Assembly: GCA_963833985.1 (NCBI GenBank)
Contig: CAWIAD010000002.1
Span: forward strand, 2,176,001 to 2,240,000
Direction of reading: 5' to 3'
DNA from: an uncultured Planctomycetaceae bacterium
GTDB lineage: Bacteria; Planctomycetota; Planctomycetia; Isosphaerales; Isosphaeraceae
Length of the DNA: 64,000 bases
Shown: positions 1 through 9,291 of the stretch, piece after piece
Position numbering within the stretch: the stretch's first letter is position 1
Layout of the letters: every line of letters begins with the position of its first letter
Translations under genes and position numbers: made by a program
The notes under the pieces: generated by a model
Told to the model about the DNA's origin: nothing
The model's database searches: none
Seen by the model: only the letters and a program-made list of their open reading frames with translations

Positions 1-622
1 AATCTCCCGGTCCGAACCGCTCGCGAAAGAGCGCGGGCGTGGCCAGGGAAAAGCGCTGGAGAACGCCGTTGGGAACAACCTCCATGCGCGCCGCTTCCGC
101 TCCGAAGAGCGTGCAGAGCTGATGTGCCTCGGCCCGAGAGTTGGGCAAGATGCGGTCGCACAGGCCAAGCAGCTCGCGCCGCCAGCCCGGCAGACGGGGC
201 CAGGCGCGACGCAGCGACCAGGCCGCGAGTCCCGCCAGCTTGCGGCCCGGTCCGGGCTCCAGGGCCCAGAGAGCGGCTGGCTGGAACCAGCAGATCGGCG
301 AGAGCACGACCGGCGTTCCCTCGGCCCGTGCCCGCCGCGCCAGCTCCAGTCCCTCGCGGGACATCCCGAAGAGGTGCAGCAGCCGCGCCGGGCCTAGCCG
401 GTCGGTCCAGGGGCAAAACAGGCGCAAGGGCAGCCCCAGGTCCTCCAGGTGGCGGGCCGTCTGGACCAGCTGGTTCTCACCTCCACCCGGCGCCTGGAAG
501 GCAAACGACGGCGCGTGCAGGAGGACCGAGCCGGCGCGGGCTGGCGCCCGGGAGTGTTCCTCGAGCCACGCCGCATCCGGCTGTTGCCGGCTGACCCGGC
601 TCGGCGCCGCGGTCCGAGGCAT
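1..622 (-). CDS. Glycosyltransferase family 4 (GT-B), runs off the window edge
   Basis: Manual translation from ATG 622: SVLLHAPSFAFQAPGGGENQLVQTARHL...LLGLCDRILPNSRAE...MEVVPNGV, a GT4 N-terminal pattern. The start overlaps the upstream stop codon. Confidence 0.75.
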   Translation of the reverse strand, partial: MPRTAAPSRVSRQQPDAAWLEEHSRAPARAGSVLLHAPSFAFQAPGGGENQLVQTARHLEDLGLPLRLFCPWTDRLGPARLLHLFGMSREGLELARRARAEGTPVVLSPICWFQPAALWALEPGPGRKLAGLAAWSLRRAWPRLPGWRRELLGLCDRILPNSRAEAHQLCTLFGAEAARMEVVPNGVLQRFSLATPALFRERFGPGD

Positions 623-2123
623 CAGCCGGTTCCCGTTTGCTGGAGCTTCCACCACCGCAGTCCTTTCTTGAGCCGGCCGGCCAGCGAGGCTGCTGGCAGC
701 TCATCCAGCGGCGTGACCGTCTCCCAGTCGAGTGCCTGGCGCACCGCGGCCTTCAGCCCGAGCGGCCGGGCATCGAGTCGAGGGCGCGCGCAGCGTCTGA
801 TCGTCGGCGGCTGGCAGCCTCTCATAGACCAGCTCATCCGCCCTGATGACCGTGCGCGCGGGTGACCGGCAGAACGCATGTGAAGCAGCCGCGCTGAATC
901 TCCACCGCCAGGGGATATTCGGCGGCCCATTCCTCGAACTGGATCTCGTAGCGGCTATCCTCCATGGCGAGCACGATGTACTTGCGGCTGGCTCGCCAGC
1001 GCCACCAGCGGGCGAGCTCGCTGAGGGTGGTTCGCCAGACCAGCGTCTGCGTTTCCAGCAGGCGATGCAGCGCGATGAGGATCTCGGGAATCCGGCCCAG
1101 CCGGCGCTCCGGATGGCCGTAGACCAGGGCTGGCTGGCCACCGGCGAACCTGGCCGCGGCCACGCGGCACAGGTAATTGGCGACAGCCCGCCCATCCCGG
1201 ACGCCGGCATCAAGGAACAGCCCCTCGCAGACCGGGTGCACCGGCAGTTGCAGGACTCGCGAGAACCGGTCACGCTTCCAGGGGAAGAACGGCAGGTCGT
1301 CGTAGCCGAGCTGGAATTCCGAGGAATACTCGTACCCCAGAGACTCGACGGCGTCGTCCAGCCCGGGATTCCAGCGGCCGTGCGGGCCCGCGAAGCCGCG
1401 CGGCTCCAGTCCCGCCTCGCAGAGCACGCGATGGGCGCGCTCCAGGTTGCGGAAGTTGGCCTCGCGGTCCCGATAGACGTAGTGAAAATGACCGTGCGAC
1501 TGGGCGTCGTGGCGCCGCAGGTCGTGCAATACTTCATGTTCATTCTCATAAGCATGCGTACTCACGAAATGCGTGCAGCAGTCGGCCAGCAAGTTGCGGC
1601 TCAGCGCGAAGCGGTGGTAGTCCTCCGGAATCGGCTCATCCAGGTCCACTCGCAAGTTGAAGACCGAACGAAACGGGTACGGGTAGGGCGCAAGCCTGAT
1701 CCAGACGCCTCCGGATGCCAGCACCTGCTGCCGGATGGAGGCGATCAGGCGCCGGCGAATCCAAGCCTTGGGTTGACGCGACACGCGTTCCCTCAGTTCA
1801 AGGCCGCGTATGGTCCACAGAGCCGGTGCGGCCTGGTCATCCACGAGTGCGGCGAACGGGTCCTCGGGCTCGCCGCGCCTCAGCGCGTTGACGTCGATCG
1901 CCACATGCCCGCCCGTCAGCAGGGCCCGCATGGCGGCTGCGGAGACCTCTCGGCCGTCGTAGAGCACGAACCGCCCGCGGCGAAACGCGAAGGGATGCGG
2001 ATCACGGACGACCTCGTGCGCGACACCCTCCTGGCCCAGGATCAATTCCAGGCCCGGCGGCGTTCTCCAGAGCATGAGGGGCAGGGGCGCGAGTCGAGGC
2101 ATGTAGACGCTAGACACGGTCAC
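622..2123 (-). CDS. Polysaccharide deacetylase (NodB-like) family protein, two apparent frameshifts near 860 and 780
   Basis: ORF 834-2123 has FNLRVDLDE, QSHGHFH and GFAGPHG motifs. The C-terminus continues through two other frames (RTVIRADELVYERL, then LGLKAAVRQALDWETVTP) to a stop at 622. Confidence 0.65.
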
Positions 2124-2811
2124 CTCCCGGAACCCGAGCCGACCAGAGTGCCATCAACCGCACCGCGGGCAGCCGCCGAAACAGCCAGGACTTCTCCTCG
2201 GCGGGCGCCAGGAGGTGATGGATCTGCACGTCCTGGAACGTCCGCTCCAGCTCGGCCCGCATTGCTTCCGGCCAGAACCAGCGCTCGCGTACAGGGCCGC
2301 CTGCCGGATACATCCAGCGGCCCCGGTACTCGTCGATCCGCTTCACCAGCACGCTGGGCAGCCAGGGACGGCGGGCGTCGAGTGCGCCTGTATTCTTGTC
2401 AACGATCACGAGCAGGCCTCCGGGCAGCAAGACGCGGCGAGCCTCTGCGCAGACCAGGCTGCGAGACCGCGGATCGAGATGCTCGAAGACCTCGACCGCG
2501 CACACCGCGTCGAACGCGGCCGATGCCAGGGGGAGCCTGCGCGCCGAGGCCCGCACGCGCGGCAGGCCCACGGCCCCGGCCAGCATCGCCGCGGAGAGGT
2601 CCACCCCAACCACCTCGGCCCCGCGCTCCCAAAGAGCACGCGCGAACCGGCCCTTGCCGCAGCCCAGGTCGAGAATCCGCCGGCCAGCAACAGCCCCAAG
2701 TGCCTGGAGGACTCCCCGCAGGCGGTAGTCGTCCGGGGCGAGCGACGCCTTGAACCGTCCCTGCAACGCCGTGAACCGGTGCGCGACCTCACGCTCGTGC
2801 ATCGAGATCAT
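2110..2811 (-). CDS. Class I SAM-dependent methyltransferase
   Basis: Motif I ILDLGCGKG, plus GVDLSAAML and FDAVCAVEVFEHL. ATG 2811 overlaps the upstream TGA. Confidence 0.85.
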   Translation of the reverse strand: MISMHEREVAHRFTALQGRFKASLAPDDYRLRGVLQALGAVAGRRILDLGCGKGRFARALWERGAEVVGVDLSAAMLAGAVGLPRVRASARRLPLASAAFDAVCAVEVFEHLDPRSRSLVCAEARRVLLPGGLLVIVDKNTGALDARRPWLPSVLVKRIDEYRGRWMYPAGGPVRERWFWPEAMRAELERTFQDVQIHHLLAPAEEKSWLFRRLPAVRLMALWSARVPGGDRV

Positions 2812-3575
2812 GACGCCCTCCCGGCCAGGTCCAGCTCTCGCAGCTTCCAGCTCCGCACGGCCACCGACACCGCCGAGAGGGAGCAGAACATCAGCCCTTC
2901 CAGGCCGTCGCGAAATCCCTGCCTGGCGAGATAGAGCTTGGCGAACGTCCAGAACGGGCGGATCGCCAGGTCGCTGATCCGGAACCGCCGGCCCGCCTGG
3001 TGCAGATCGGCAGCCTCCAGCGTCGTGTACTGATTGATCTTGCCCAGGAACACGCGGACATCCGGCAGCGTGCGGTGTGTGAGCACCTCGTCCATGAGGC
3101 CGATCGGTCCGGAGATCCGCACCGTCTCGTGCACCTTGCCGGTCCAGCGGCCGAGATCGCGCCGGAAGAGACGCAAGGGGAGGTCGTGCTGCGTGCCCGA
3201 AAACCGGAATCGCCGCCCCAGGACCTCGCTCCGGATCGGCACGCGGAAGCCGACGCAAGTGCTCGTGGGATCTGCCAGCCGCCTCTGGATCTCGGCAGCC
3301 AGCTCCGGAGTCACGCGCTCGTCGGCGTCGATCGCCAGCACCCAGTCGGCCGTGGCCAGGTCCAGGGCCGCGTTCCGCTGGTTGGCGAAGTGGTCGAAGG
3401 CCCGGACGATCGCACGGTCCGCGAGTCGCTGCGCGACCTGGAGCGTGCCGTCCTCGCTGGCCGCGTCGACGACGACAATCCGCTCGGCCGCGAACCGCGC
3501 GGACTCCAGGCAGCCCGGGAGATTGGCTTCCTCGTTGCGGGCGACGACCAGCACGGCGAGCCGCAAGTCAGGCAT
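2808..3575 (-). CDS. Glycosyltransferase family 2 (WaaE/KdtX-like beta-1,4-glucosyltransferase type)
   Basis: Motifs VVARNEEANLPGCLES, VVDAASEDGT, QRNAALD, WVLAIDADE and GFRDGLEG. Confidence 0.85.
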   Translation of the reverse strand: MPDLRLAVLVVARNEEANLPGCLESARFAAERIVVVDAASEDGTLQVAQRLADRAIVRAFDHFANQRNAALDLATADWVLAIDADERVTPELAAEIQRRLADPTSTCVGFRVPIRSEVLGRRFRFSGTQHDLPLRLFRRDLGRWTGKVHETVRISGPIGLMDEVLTHRTLPDVRVFLGKINQYTTLEAADLHQAGRRFRISDLAIRPFWTFAKLYLARQGFRDGLEGLMFCSLSAVSVAVRSWKLRELDLAGRAS

Positions 3576-4680
3576 GCGTCACCGCCTTCCGCAGCACGCC
3601 CGCAATCGCGCGTGCCGGAAAGTAAGCCGCGTAGACGGCCAGAGCGATGTCGAGCCGGCCGGCGGCGGCCAGTATGATCCACAGATGCCACCGCAGATCG
3701 GCGTGCCCGACGGCCGCGACCAGCTTCCTGGAAGCCCGGCCGAGCGCCCGCAGAGGCACGATCCGAGCCCTCGCTGGATGGCGCGCCGGCTGCCGCGCCG
3801 GAGTGGTCCCGCCATGGCTCCACTGAGCTCCCTCCCGTGCCGGCCTGGCGGTGAGCTGTTCGCCTGTGATCGACTGGATCAGGAAGAAAGACTTGCCGCC
3901 CAGGTAAAGCATGCCGATCGCCAGCCAACCGGCCTGACCGCTCGAGCGGAACAGCGACCAGGCAATCGCCGCATGCAACACCAGGTCGGCGAGCTCGTCG
4001 AGCACCTGGTCGAGCCAGCGCCCGAAGGCCGAGCTGGTTCCCTGAAGCCTTGCCAGGCGGCCATCGGCCGTGTCCAGCACCAGCGCCGCGGCCATGGCCA
4101 GCGCCGCCGCACCGCCGGCGAGCGTGCCGGGAGTGCCGAAGGCGACCACAACCGCGGCCGCCAGCATCAGCCCGGCGGCGGCGAGCGTGAGGTGGTTGGG
4201 ACGAAACGCGGTGGGCTCAAGTCTGGACGCCAGAGCCTCGGCCAGCGGAAACGCCCAGTACCTTCCCAGGGGCTGATAGTCCAGGCGCCGCTTGAGCTCC
4301 TCCTCGGCCGTCGCCAGCGAAGGACCCTGGTCGAGCCGCCAGATGGCCGCGGTCTCGGCGTCCGCCCCGCGCCGCACGGCTCGGCGTAGGCGGGGCAGGT
4401 CGTAGAGGCGATCGGTACGCAGAATCACCGCGCCGCTGCGCGGCGGACCGGGAAAGAAGAGGACCCGTCTGGATTGCTCGCCCCTGAGCATTCGCTCCAG
4501 CAGGGCGTGCTCATCTTCCCTCGCAAAGATGTCGATGGTCGTTCCCGCCGGACCAAGCCGCAGCGCCTGGTCGAGGAGCCGATCGAACACGGAGCGGCCC
4601 AGCAGCACCTCGCCGGCCAGCAAGCCGCGCGGCCCGCGCGGCCGGGCGTCGATCACCACATGGACGGCCGGCCGAGCCAT
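3568..4680 (-). CDS. CDP-alcohol phosphatidyltransferase family protein with soluble N-terminal extension
   Basis: Signature DTADGRLARLQGTSSAFGRWLDQVLD, PNHLT helix and several TM segments. Start MARPAV at 4680. Confidence 0.85.
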   Translation of the reverse strand: MARPAVHVVIDARPRGPRGLLAGEVLLGRSVFDRLLDQALRLGPAGTTIDIFAREDEHALLERMLRGEQSRRVLFFPGPPRSGAVILRTDRLYDLPRLRRAVRRGADAETAAIWRLDQGPSLATAEEELKRRLDYQPLGRYWAFPLAEALASRLEPTAFRPNHLTLAAAGLMLAAAVVVAFGTPGTLAGGAAALAMAAALVLDTADGRLARLQGTSSAFGRWLDQVLDELADLVLHAAIAWSLFRSSGQAGWLAIGMLYLGGKSFFLIQSITGEQLTARPAREGAQWSHGGTTPARQPARHPARARIVPLRALGRASRKLVAAVGHADLRWHLWIILAAAGRLDIALAVYAAYFPARAIAGVLRKAVTHA

Positions 4681-4786
4681 GAATCGCCTCCCTGCGATTG
4701 CCTTGTCTTCTGCAAACGGCCCTGGTACGGGCGAGCGCGACGGCCGCGAGCGAATCCTTCGCAACGCGGCGCCGCTTGCCTTTTTC

Positions 4787-5743
4787 TCACCACGAGAACC
4801 TTTGGAAGAACGCCTCCTGCCGGGGGACCCACGAATTCCGGCCGATCGCCGGCGGCTGCCAGCCATCGCGGCAGGCCGTCAATCGGCGCACCGCGTCGGC
4901 CAGGCTCAAGGCCAGGTCGAGCCGTCCCCGCAGCAGCCAGTATCCCAGCCGCACGGGCAGCCAGCCGAAATGGGCCAGCAAGCGCGTGCCTCGGAGGTTC
5001 TTCCACGCGAAGAGGAAGCTGTTGCGAACGGCCAGCGCGTCGCTCCGCGCCAGCCCCAGTTCCGGCTCAAATGTGCCGAAGCCCTGATGATAGGCCACCG
5101 ACCTCGGCTCGTAGTATCCCACGAAACCCGCCATCCAGCCCCGAAAACCGAGATCGAGGTCCTCGATCCGCCCCGGGAAGTACAGCGGGTCGTAGCCGCC
5201 GATCGCCAGGAACTTGCGGCGATCAACGGCCAGCACGGGCCCGGCCGCGGCCGTCAGGTCGGTCCGGCCGAGCAGCTTCTCGTGTCCGGGAACCCGGCAC
5301 ATCCCCTGCACCAGCCCGAACCGCGACCGCACGCGCCTGCGCATGCCCTCGTACGTCCGGCCATCGAACGACCAGCAAAGCGGAGCCGCGAACAGGGCGT
5401 CCTCGTGAGCGTCGAAGACCTCCAGCAACGGCCCCACCGCCCCGGGGTCCAGCTTCACATCGTTGTTCAAGAGCACAACTACCGACTCATCCATTGATGC
5501 CAGCACGCGGTTGAACGAGGCGAGCCCGAGGTTCTCGTGGCGGATGACAGGAACATCGGGCCAGCGCGTGCGGAGCCATTCCGCGGAGCCGTCCGTCGAG
5601 TCATTGTCGATCACGGACACGCGGCAACTGACGGGCGACGCGGACGCCGCCGCCAGGACAGAAGGCAGGCACTCCGCCAGCAGTTCCCTGCCATTGTAGT
5701 TGAGAACCAGGATGTGGCTGCGGTTGGTCGTCAAGGGCTCCAT
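4787..5743 (-). CDS. Glycosyltransferase family 2 (WbbL-like)
   Basis: Motifs ILVLNYNG, VIDNDSTDGS, NLGLA, LLNNDV and EDLDLGFRGW. Start MEPLTT at 5743. Confidence 0.85.
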   Translation of the reverse strand: MEPLTTNRSHILVLNYNGRELLAECLPSVLAAASASPVSCRVSVIDNDSTDGSAEWLRTRWPDVPVIRHENLGLASFNRVLASMDESVVVLLNNDVKLDPGAVGPLLEVFDAHEDALFAAPLCWSFDGRTYEGMRRRVRSRFGLVQGMCRVPGHEKLLGRTDLTAAAGPVLAVDRRKFLAIGGYDPLYFPGRIEDLDLGFRGWMAGFVGYYEPRSVAYHQGFGTFEPELGLARSDALAVRNSFLFAWKNLRGTRLLAHFGWLPVRLGYWLLRGRLDLALSLADAVRRLTACRDGWQPPAIGRNSWVPRQEAFFQRFSW

Positions 5744-6209
5744 CCCTCGGACTGCCGGGGCAAACTCGAATTGGTCGCGATCCGCTCGACAGGAGTCGCC
5801 CTGGTCACTCGTGATCGTCCGCGTGGGCAATGGCTTCGCGCTTCTGGAAGCCTGGCTGCGGACGCCACTCGGTGCCATGCATTGACGGTTCGGTGATACC
5901 CCGGCGAGAATACGCCACCGGGCACGGTCGGTCAAGACAGGCGCGCCTGGAAAACCGCTGGAACCGAGAACGGCTTTCCGACGGGGCCGCTGCCTGGACG
6001 GCACGGCCTGCAATGCCTGCGTCCTGGCGAACGCAGGCTGACGCGTCGCGGTCCGGGAGATCCTCCGGACCGTGCCCTGATCGGGGCCGGATACCGGCAG
6101 ATTCGACGGCCTCCAGAGCTTTGGCCTCTCGTGCTGTTGACCTAGAATAGAAAGGGCAGATCGCTCCCGGCCTCGTTGGCCGTTCCATAAGGTCACGCGG
6201 AGATCGCTC

Positions 6210-6557
6210 GTGAATGCCCTGATCAGCCTCGCACTTCTGGGACTCGTCGGCTGGGGCGTCTGGCAAGCCTTGCAGCCGCGCGCGGTCTTCGACATCCGGG
6301 TCGCGGACGGAGAGCCGCACGTCGTGCGCGGCACGGTGACGAAGACCTTTCTCAGGGAGATTCGCGAGCTGTGCCAGCACCACGGGGTCACGCGCGGAGT
6401 GGTCCGGGGCAAGGCGCGCGGCAACCGCATCGGGCTGGAGATACTGGGGAGTTTTCCTCCGGCCTACTGCCAGCAACTGAGGAATGTCTGGGCCATCTCG
6501 GGCTGGTCCGCTGGACGCCCCGCAGCCCGGCGCGGGGCTGGCCCGCGCCCGGTCTGA
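6210..6557 (+). CDS. Small membrane-anchored protein, DUF3634-like
   Basis: N-terminal TM helix, FDIRVADG...VRG and C-terminal QQLRNVW. Confidence 0.6.
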   Translation: MNALISLALLGLVGWGVWQALQPRAVFDIRVADGEPHVVRGTVTKTFLREIRELCQHHGVTRGVVRGKARGNRIGLEILGSFPPAYCQQLRNVWAISGWSAGRPAARRGAGPRPV

Positions 6558-6644
6558 TGCAGGATGCGTCGTGCGGGGCTGCGAGCGCGCGCTGATCGAC
6601 CATGCGGAATTCCGAGTCCACTGATCGAAGCCCGCGGGCTCGTT

Positions 6645-6824
6645 TCAGCCGGGACGAGTATGACCAGATGGATTGGTCGAAGGAAGATCGAGCGATTCGA
6701 TACAGGTCCATTTCGCCGCGTCCTCCGTGGATGCCCAGCGGGCGTCCAGACCTTCGAGCAGCAAGGTGTTGATGCGTTGTTCGACCTTGTGTTTCTGGAT
6801 GGGTGGGAGTTCACGTTTGCTCAT
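6645..6824 (-). pseudogene. Possible C-terminal remnant of a ParD-like antitoxin
   Basis: QKHKVEQRINTLLLEGLD...W resembles the ParD (CC2985-type) C-terminus. No RHH N-terminus is visible. Confidence 0.35.
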
Positions 6825-6919
6825 GGCGTGGATGGTAGTGCGAGGAGAGGAACACCAAATATTGGCACTTTTCCTTCGTTTTGGGCGGCGGTTGTCAGTG
6901 AGGCGGAGGCGTTCGGTCG

Positions 6920-7450
6920 TCACACACGCCAGTTGACCAGGATCAGCGGATAGCCAAGCTGCTGGACTCGTTGGAAATGGGCGGTCTTGCCGGTTACTAA
7001 ATAGCTCCCCGTAAGAGGGAAAGTGTGGAACGGCCGCCCTCGGCCGTCCTGAGCCAGCCGAGGGCGGCTGGCCCACATTCCAAGAGGCGAGGATCTATTT
7101 AGCTCCAGGCCGTGATGCAGGGCGATGGCGGCGATCATGGGATCGGCGGTCCCAATGGGATGGCCGACTCGCTCGAGTTCGCCCGCGATGCGTCCTGCCA
7201 ACTCGGCGGCGGGCTGGTCGAAGGGCAGTATTTCTTCGAGGGCGATGGCGGTGAGGAAGATGTTCAGGCGGCGGGTGCTCTGGTTCTTCTGGAAACCCCT
7301 GACCACTTCCATGACGGTGACGGCAGAGAACGTCAGGATTCCCTGTGCTTTTCGATAGGTGGTCGCGTTTGCGGTGACGGTCGGGTTCACGGCCTTGAGG
7401 ATTTCGGAATAGATGTCGGTGTCGAGCAGGGCTTTATTCAACGGAGACAT
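6920..7450 (-). CDS. vapC: VapC/PIN-domain toxin carrying a 34-aa in-frame MITE insertion
   Basis: Motifs LLDTDIYSE, VTVMEV and DPMIAAIAL. LELVTG is split by the insert. Removing 102 bp restores a 142-aa PIN protein. Confidence 0.85.
   Translation of the reverse strand: MSPLNKALLDTDIYSEILKAVNPTVTANATTYRKAQGILTFSAVTVMEVVRGFQKNQSTRRLNIFLTAIALEEILPFDQPAAELAGRIAGELERVGHPIGTADPMIAAIALHHGLELNRSSPLGMWASRPRLAQDGRGRPFHTFPLTGSYLVTGKTAHFQRVQQLGYPLILVNWRV
7000..7099. mobile_element. 100-bp MITE-like palindromic element, copy 1
   Basis: Ends CTAAATAGCTCC...GGATCTATTTAG are inverted (11/12 including the flanking CTA/TAG). TA is duplicated at 6998-6999 and 7100-7101. There is an internal GC hairpin. It differs from copy 2 at one base. 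Confidence 0.9.
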
Positions 7451-7688
7451 CCCGCCACTTTTCTTCCCGCCGGTGTTTCATCGCGTCGGCAACGATTTCG
7501 TCCAGCTCATCAGCGGCATCCCGCATCGCACCGATGGAGCCCGATCCTGGGTTTGACTGCGTGGACTTCAGCTGACGCAGGAACGACCGCACGGCCTGGG
7601 TGACCAGCTCATCGGCCGACGCGAAGTGCCCGCTATCGACGGCGGCAGTGATCGAGCTTTCCTCGTCTTCGGGTAAATGAATGGTCAT
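7434..7688 (-). CDS. Antitoxin (ribbon-helix-helix / ParD-like), partner of the downstream VapC
   Basis: MTIHLP...AAVDSGHFASADELVTQAVR, 84 aa, overlapping the vapC start. Confidence 0.7.
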   Translation of the reverse strand: MTIHLPEDEESSITAAVDSGHFASADELVTQAVRSFLRQLKSTQSNPGSGSIGAMRDAADELDEIVADAMKHRREEKWRDVSVE

Positions 7689-7794
7689 AATTGCGATTCT
7701 CCTCCGTTAACCACTTTGCCACGTCCTTGAAATACCAGGCCAGCGTGACCGAACAGTCGATGACCAGGGATTCGGAGCCGTCCAATGGCTGCAT
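7633..7794 (-). pseudogene. Truncated VapC/PIN toxin (N-terminal ~24 residues only)
   Basis: Manual translation MQPLDGSESLVIDCSVTLAWYFKD is a PIN first-strand motif. It follows AAGGAG just after the Phd antitoxin and then runs out of frame into the next gene. Confidence 0.6.
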
Positions 7795-7812
7795 CGTTGG
7801 CACTCCTTGTTG

Positions 7813-8064
7813 TCAGTATCGTCCCTCGTCGATGAGGTCGCGGATCGTGATCTTGCCGCCGAGGGTGGGGCCTTCCTGCTCCTGGAACTGAATCATCGCC
7901 GCGATGGCGGATGCAACATCTGGGCGGGGCGTGCTGGCGACGGCGGGTACCAGGCGGGCGACGGGTTTACCCTGGCGGGTGATGGTGATGGTTTCGCCGT
8001 GCTCGACCCGCTCCAAAAGCTGGGGCGGGTGGGTCTTGGCTTCGTGAGAACCGACAGTGTGCAT
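7813..8064 (-). CDS. Phd/YefM family antitoxin
   Basis: VGSHEAKTH..LLERVEHGETITITRQGKPVARLVP...DLIDEGR. Confidence 0.85.
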   Translation of the reverse strand: MHTVGSHEAKTHPPQLLERVEHGETITITRQGKPVARLVPAVASTPRPDVASAIAAMIQFQEQEGPTLGGKITIRDLIDEGRY

Positions 8065-8080
8065 GACGCATCCTCGTTTC

Positions 8081-8098
8081 GACTGGTCCCGACCAATC
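8081..8098. promoter_or_regulatory. Palindrome upstream of the Phd antitoxin, candidate autoregulatory operator
   Basis: GACTGGTC-CC-GACCAATC (7/8 inverted), about 17 bp upstream of the ATG. Confidence 0.4.
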
Positions 8099-8222
8099 TA
8101 ACAAAGCTCGCGGGGTAGTCGAATGACAGATGCTCGGAAGCTTCGGGCAAGGCTTCCTCGGTTCTCAAGCTGGAACCCTATCCTCTGGCGGAGGTTCTGG
8201 AACTCGTAGCGGTCGGTGTCGT

Positions 8223-8402
8223 CTACGAGCTTCTCCATCTCCGCATCGTCGCCAGCACGCCCGTCAGGCAAGGCCTTTGCGATACCGCCGCACTTCCCGG
8301 CATGCGAATCGCATCGATCAGTGTCCGTTCAACGTCGGTCACGTAGACGGGAAGCCCTGAGCTGTCGCCGACCGTGATCCCGAACTCTCGCTCGTCCTTC
8401 AT
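8223..8402 (-). pseudogene. Fragment of a type IV TA (AbiEi-like) antitoxin C-terminal domain
   Basis: EFGI....G.PVYVTDVERTLIDAIRMP resembles the AbiEi TD.ERT..D motif. The N-terminus is missing. Confidence 0.5.
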
Positions 8403-8539
8403 CTCGGTCCGTGAAAGTCGCGCCCCGGTCGATGGCCGTGAATCGGAACTTCGGTGGCGTCGAGGTCGAGCACGATCTGTTCGGCGGCACGGGATGGGGT
8501 TGCGAGGAAGAACGCGACGAACAGGAGTGCGGCCGGCAT
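8399..8539 (-). pseudogene. IS1380-family transposase fragment
   Basis: Manual translation LFVAFFL...EQIVLDLDATEVPIHGHRPGRDFHG matches the IS1380 motif IVLDxDATDDPxHGxQEGRxFHG. Confidence 0.65.
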
Positions 8540-8712
8540 GATGCCTCAACTCCAGTCACTTGCGCGTGGGAGGCGGCAACAACCGCAATCAGAGGAAGTT
8601 CCAGCCAACCGGGCCGGCACGGGCGTGGTCCTTGAAAGGCTGCTTGCCCGTCTGCTACATTCCAGGGCCGGCCGGACACAAGACTGGCAGGACGGCGGGA
8701 AAGGTTGCGGTG

Positions 8713-9291
8713 ATGTCCGAGGAAGAACAGATCCTGTGCGATTCCGAGGAAATCGAGCCGCGGATTGCCTCGATGGCACGGCAGATCTGGGACGGACGCC
8801 GCCATGACCTGCCCTTCTACCTGATTGGCGTGCGCTCGCGGGGCGTACCGCTTGCTGAGCGGCTGGCCCAGGAGATCGCCCTGCTGGCCGGTGACGAGAT
8901 CGTCGTGGGCGCCGTGGATATCACGCTCTACCGCGACGACCTTGGCCGCGGCCGGCGCTGGCCCGTCTTGCGGGGCACGGACATCGCCTTTCCGGTCGAC
9001 GGCGCCGAGATCGTCCTTGCCGACGACGTGCTGTTCACGGGGCGAACCATCCGCGCGGCACTCAATGCCATCTGCGATCTGGGCCGGCCGGGTCGCATCC
9101 GGCTGGCGGTACTCGTCGATCGCGGCCACCGCGAGCTGCCCATCCAGCCGGATTTCGTGGGTCTCCACCTGCCCACCGACCGCGGCGACCGCGTCCGGGT
9201 ACGGCTGCATCCGCTCGATCCCGTGGAAGAGATCGTGCACATCGCCGCCACCGCCCGGCCGTCCGAACCCAAGAGGAGTCCCTTGCCGTGA
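8713..9291 (+). CDS. pyrR: Bifunctional pyr operon regulator / uracil phosphoribosyltransferase
   Basis: Motifs [35 protein letters not shown] and [12 protein letters not shown]. Confidence 0.9.
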   Translation: MSEEEQILCDSEEIEPRIASMARQIWDGRRHDLPFYLIGVRSRGVPLAERLAQEIALLAGDEIVVGAVDITLYRDDLGRGRRWPVLRGTDIAFPVDGAEIVLADDVLFTGRTIRAALNAICDLGRPGRIRLAVLVDRGHRELPIQPDFVGLHLPTDRGDRVRVRLHPLDPVEEIVHIAATARPSEPKRSPLP

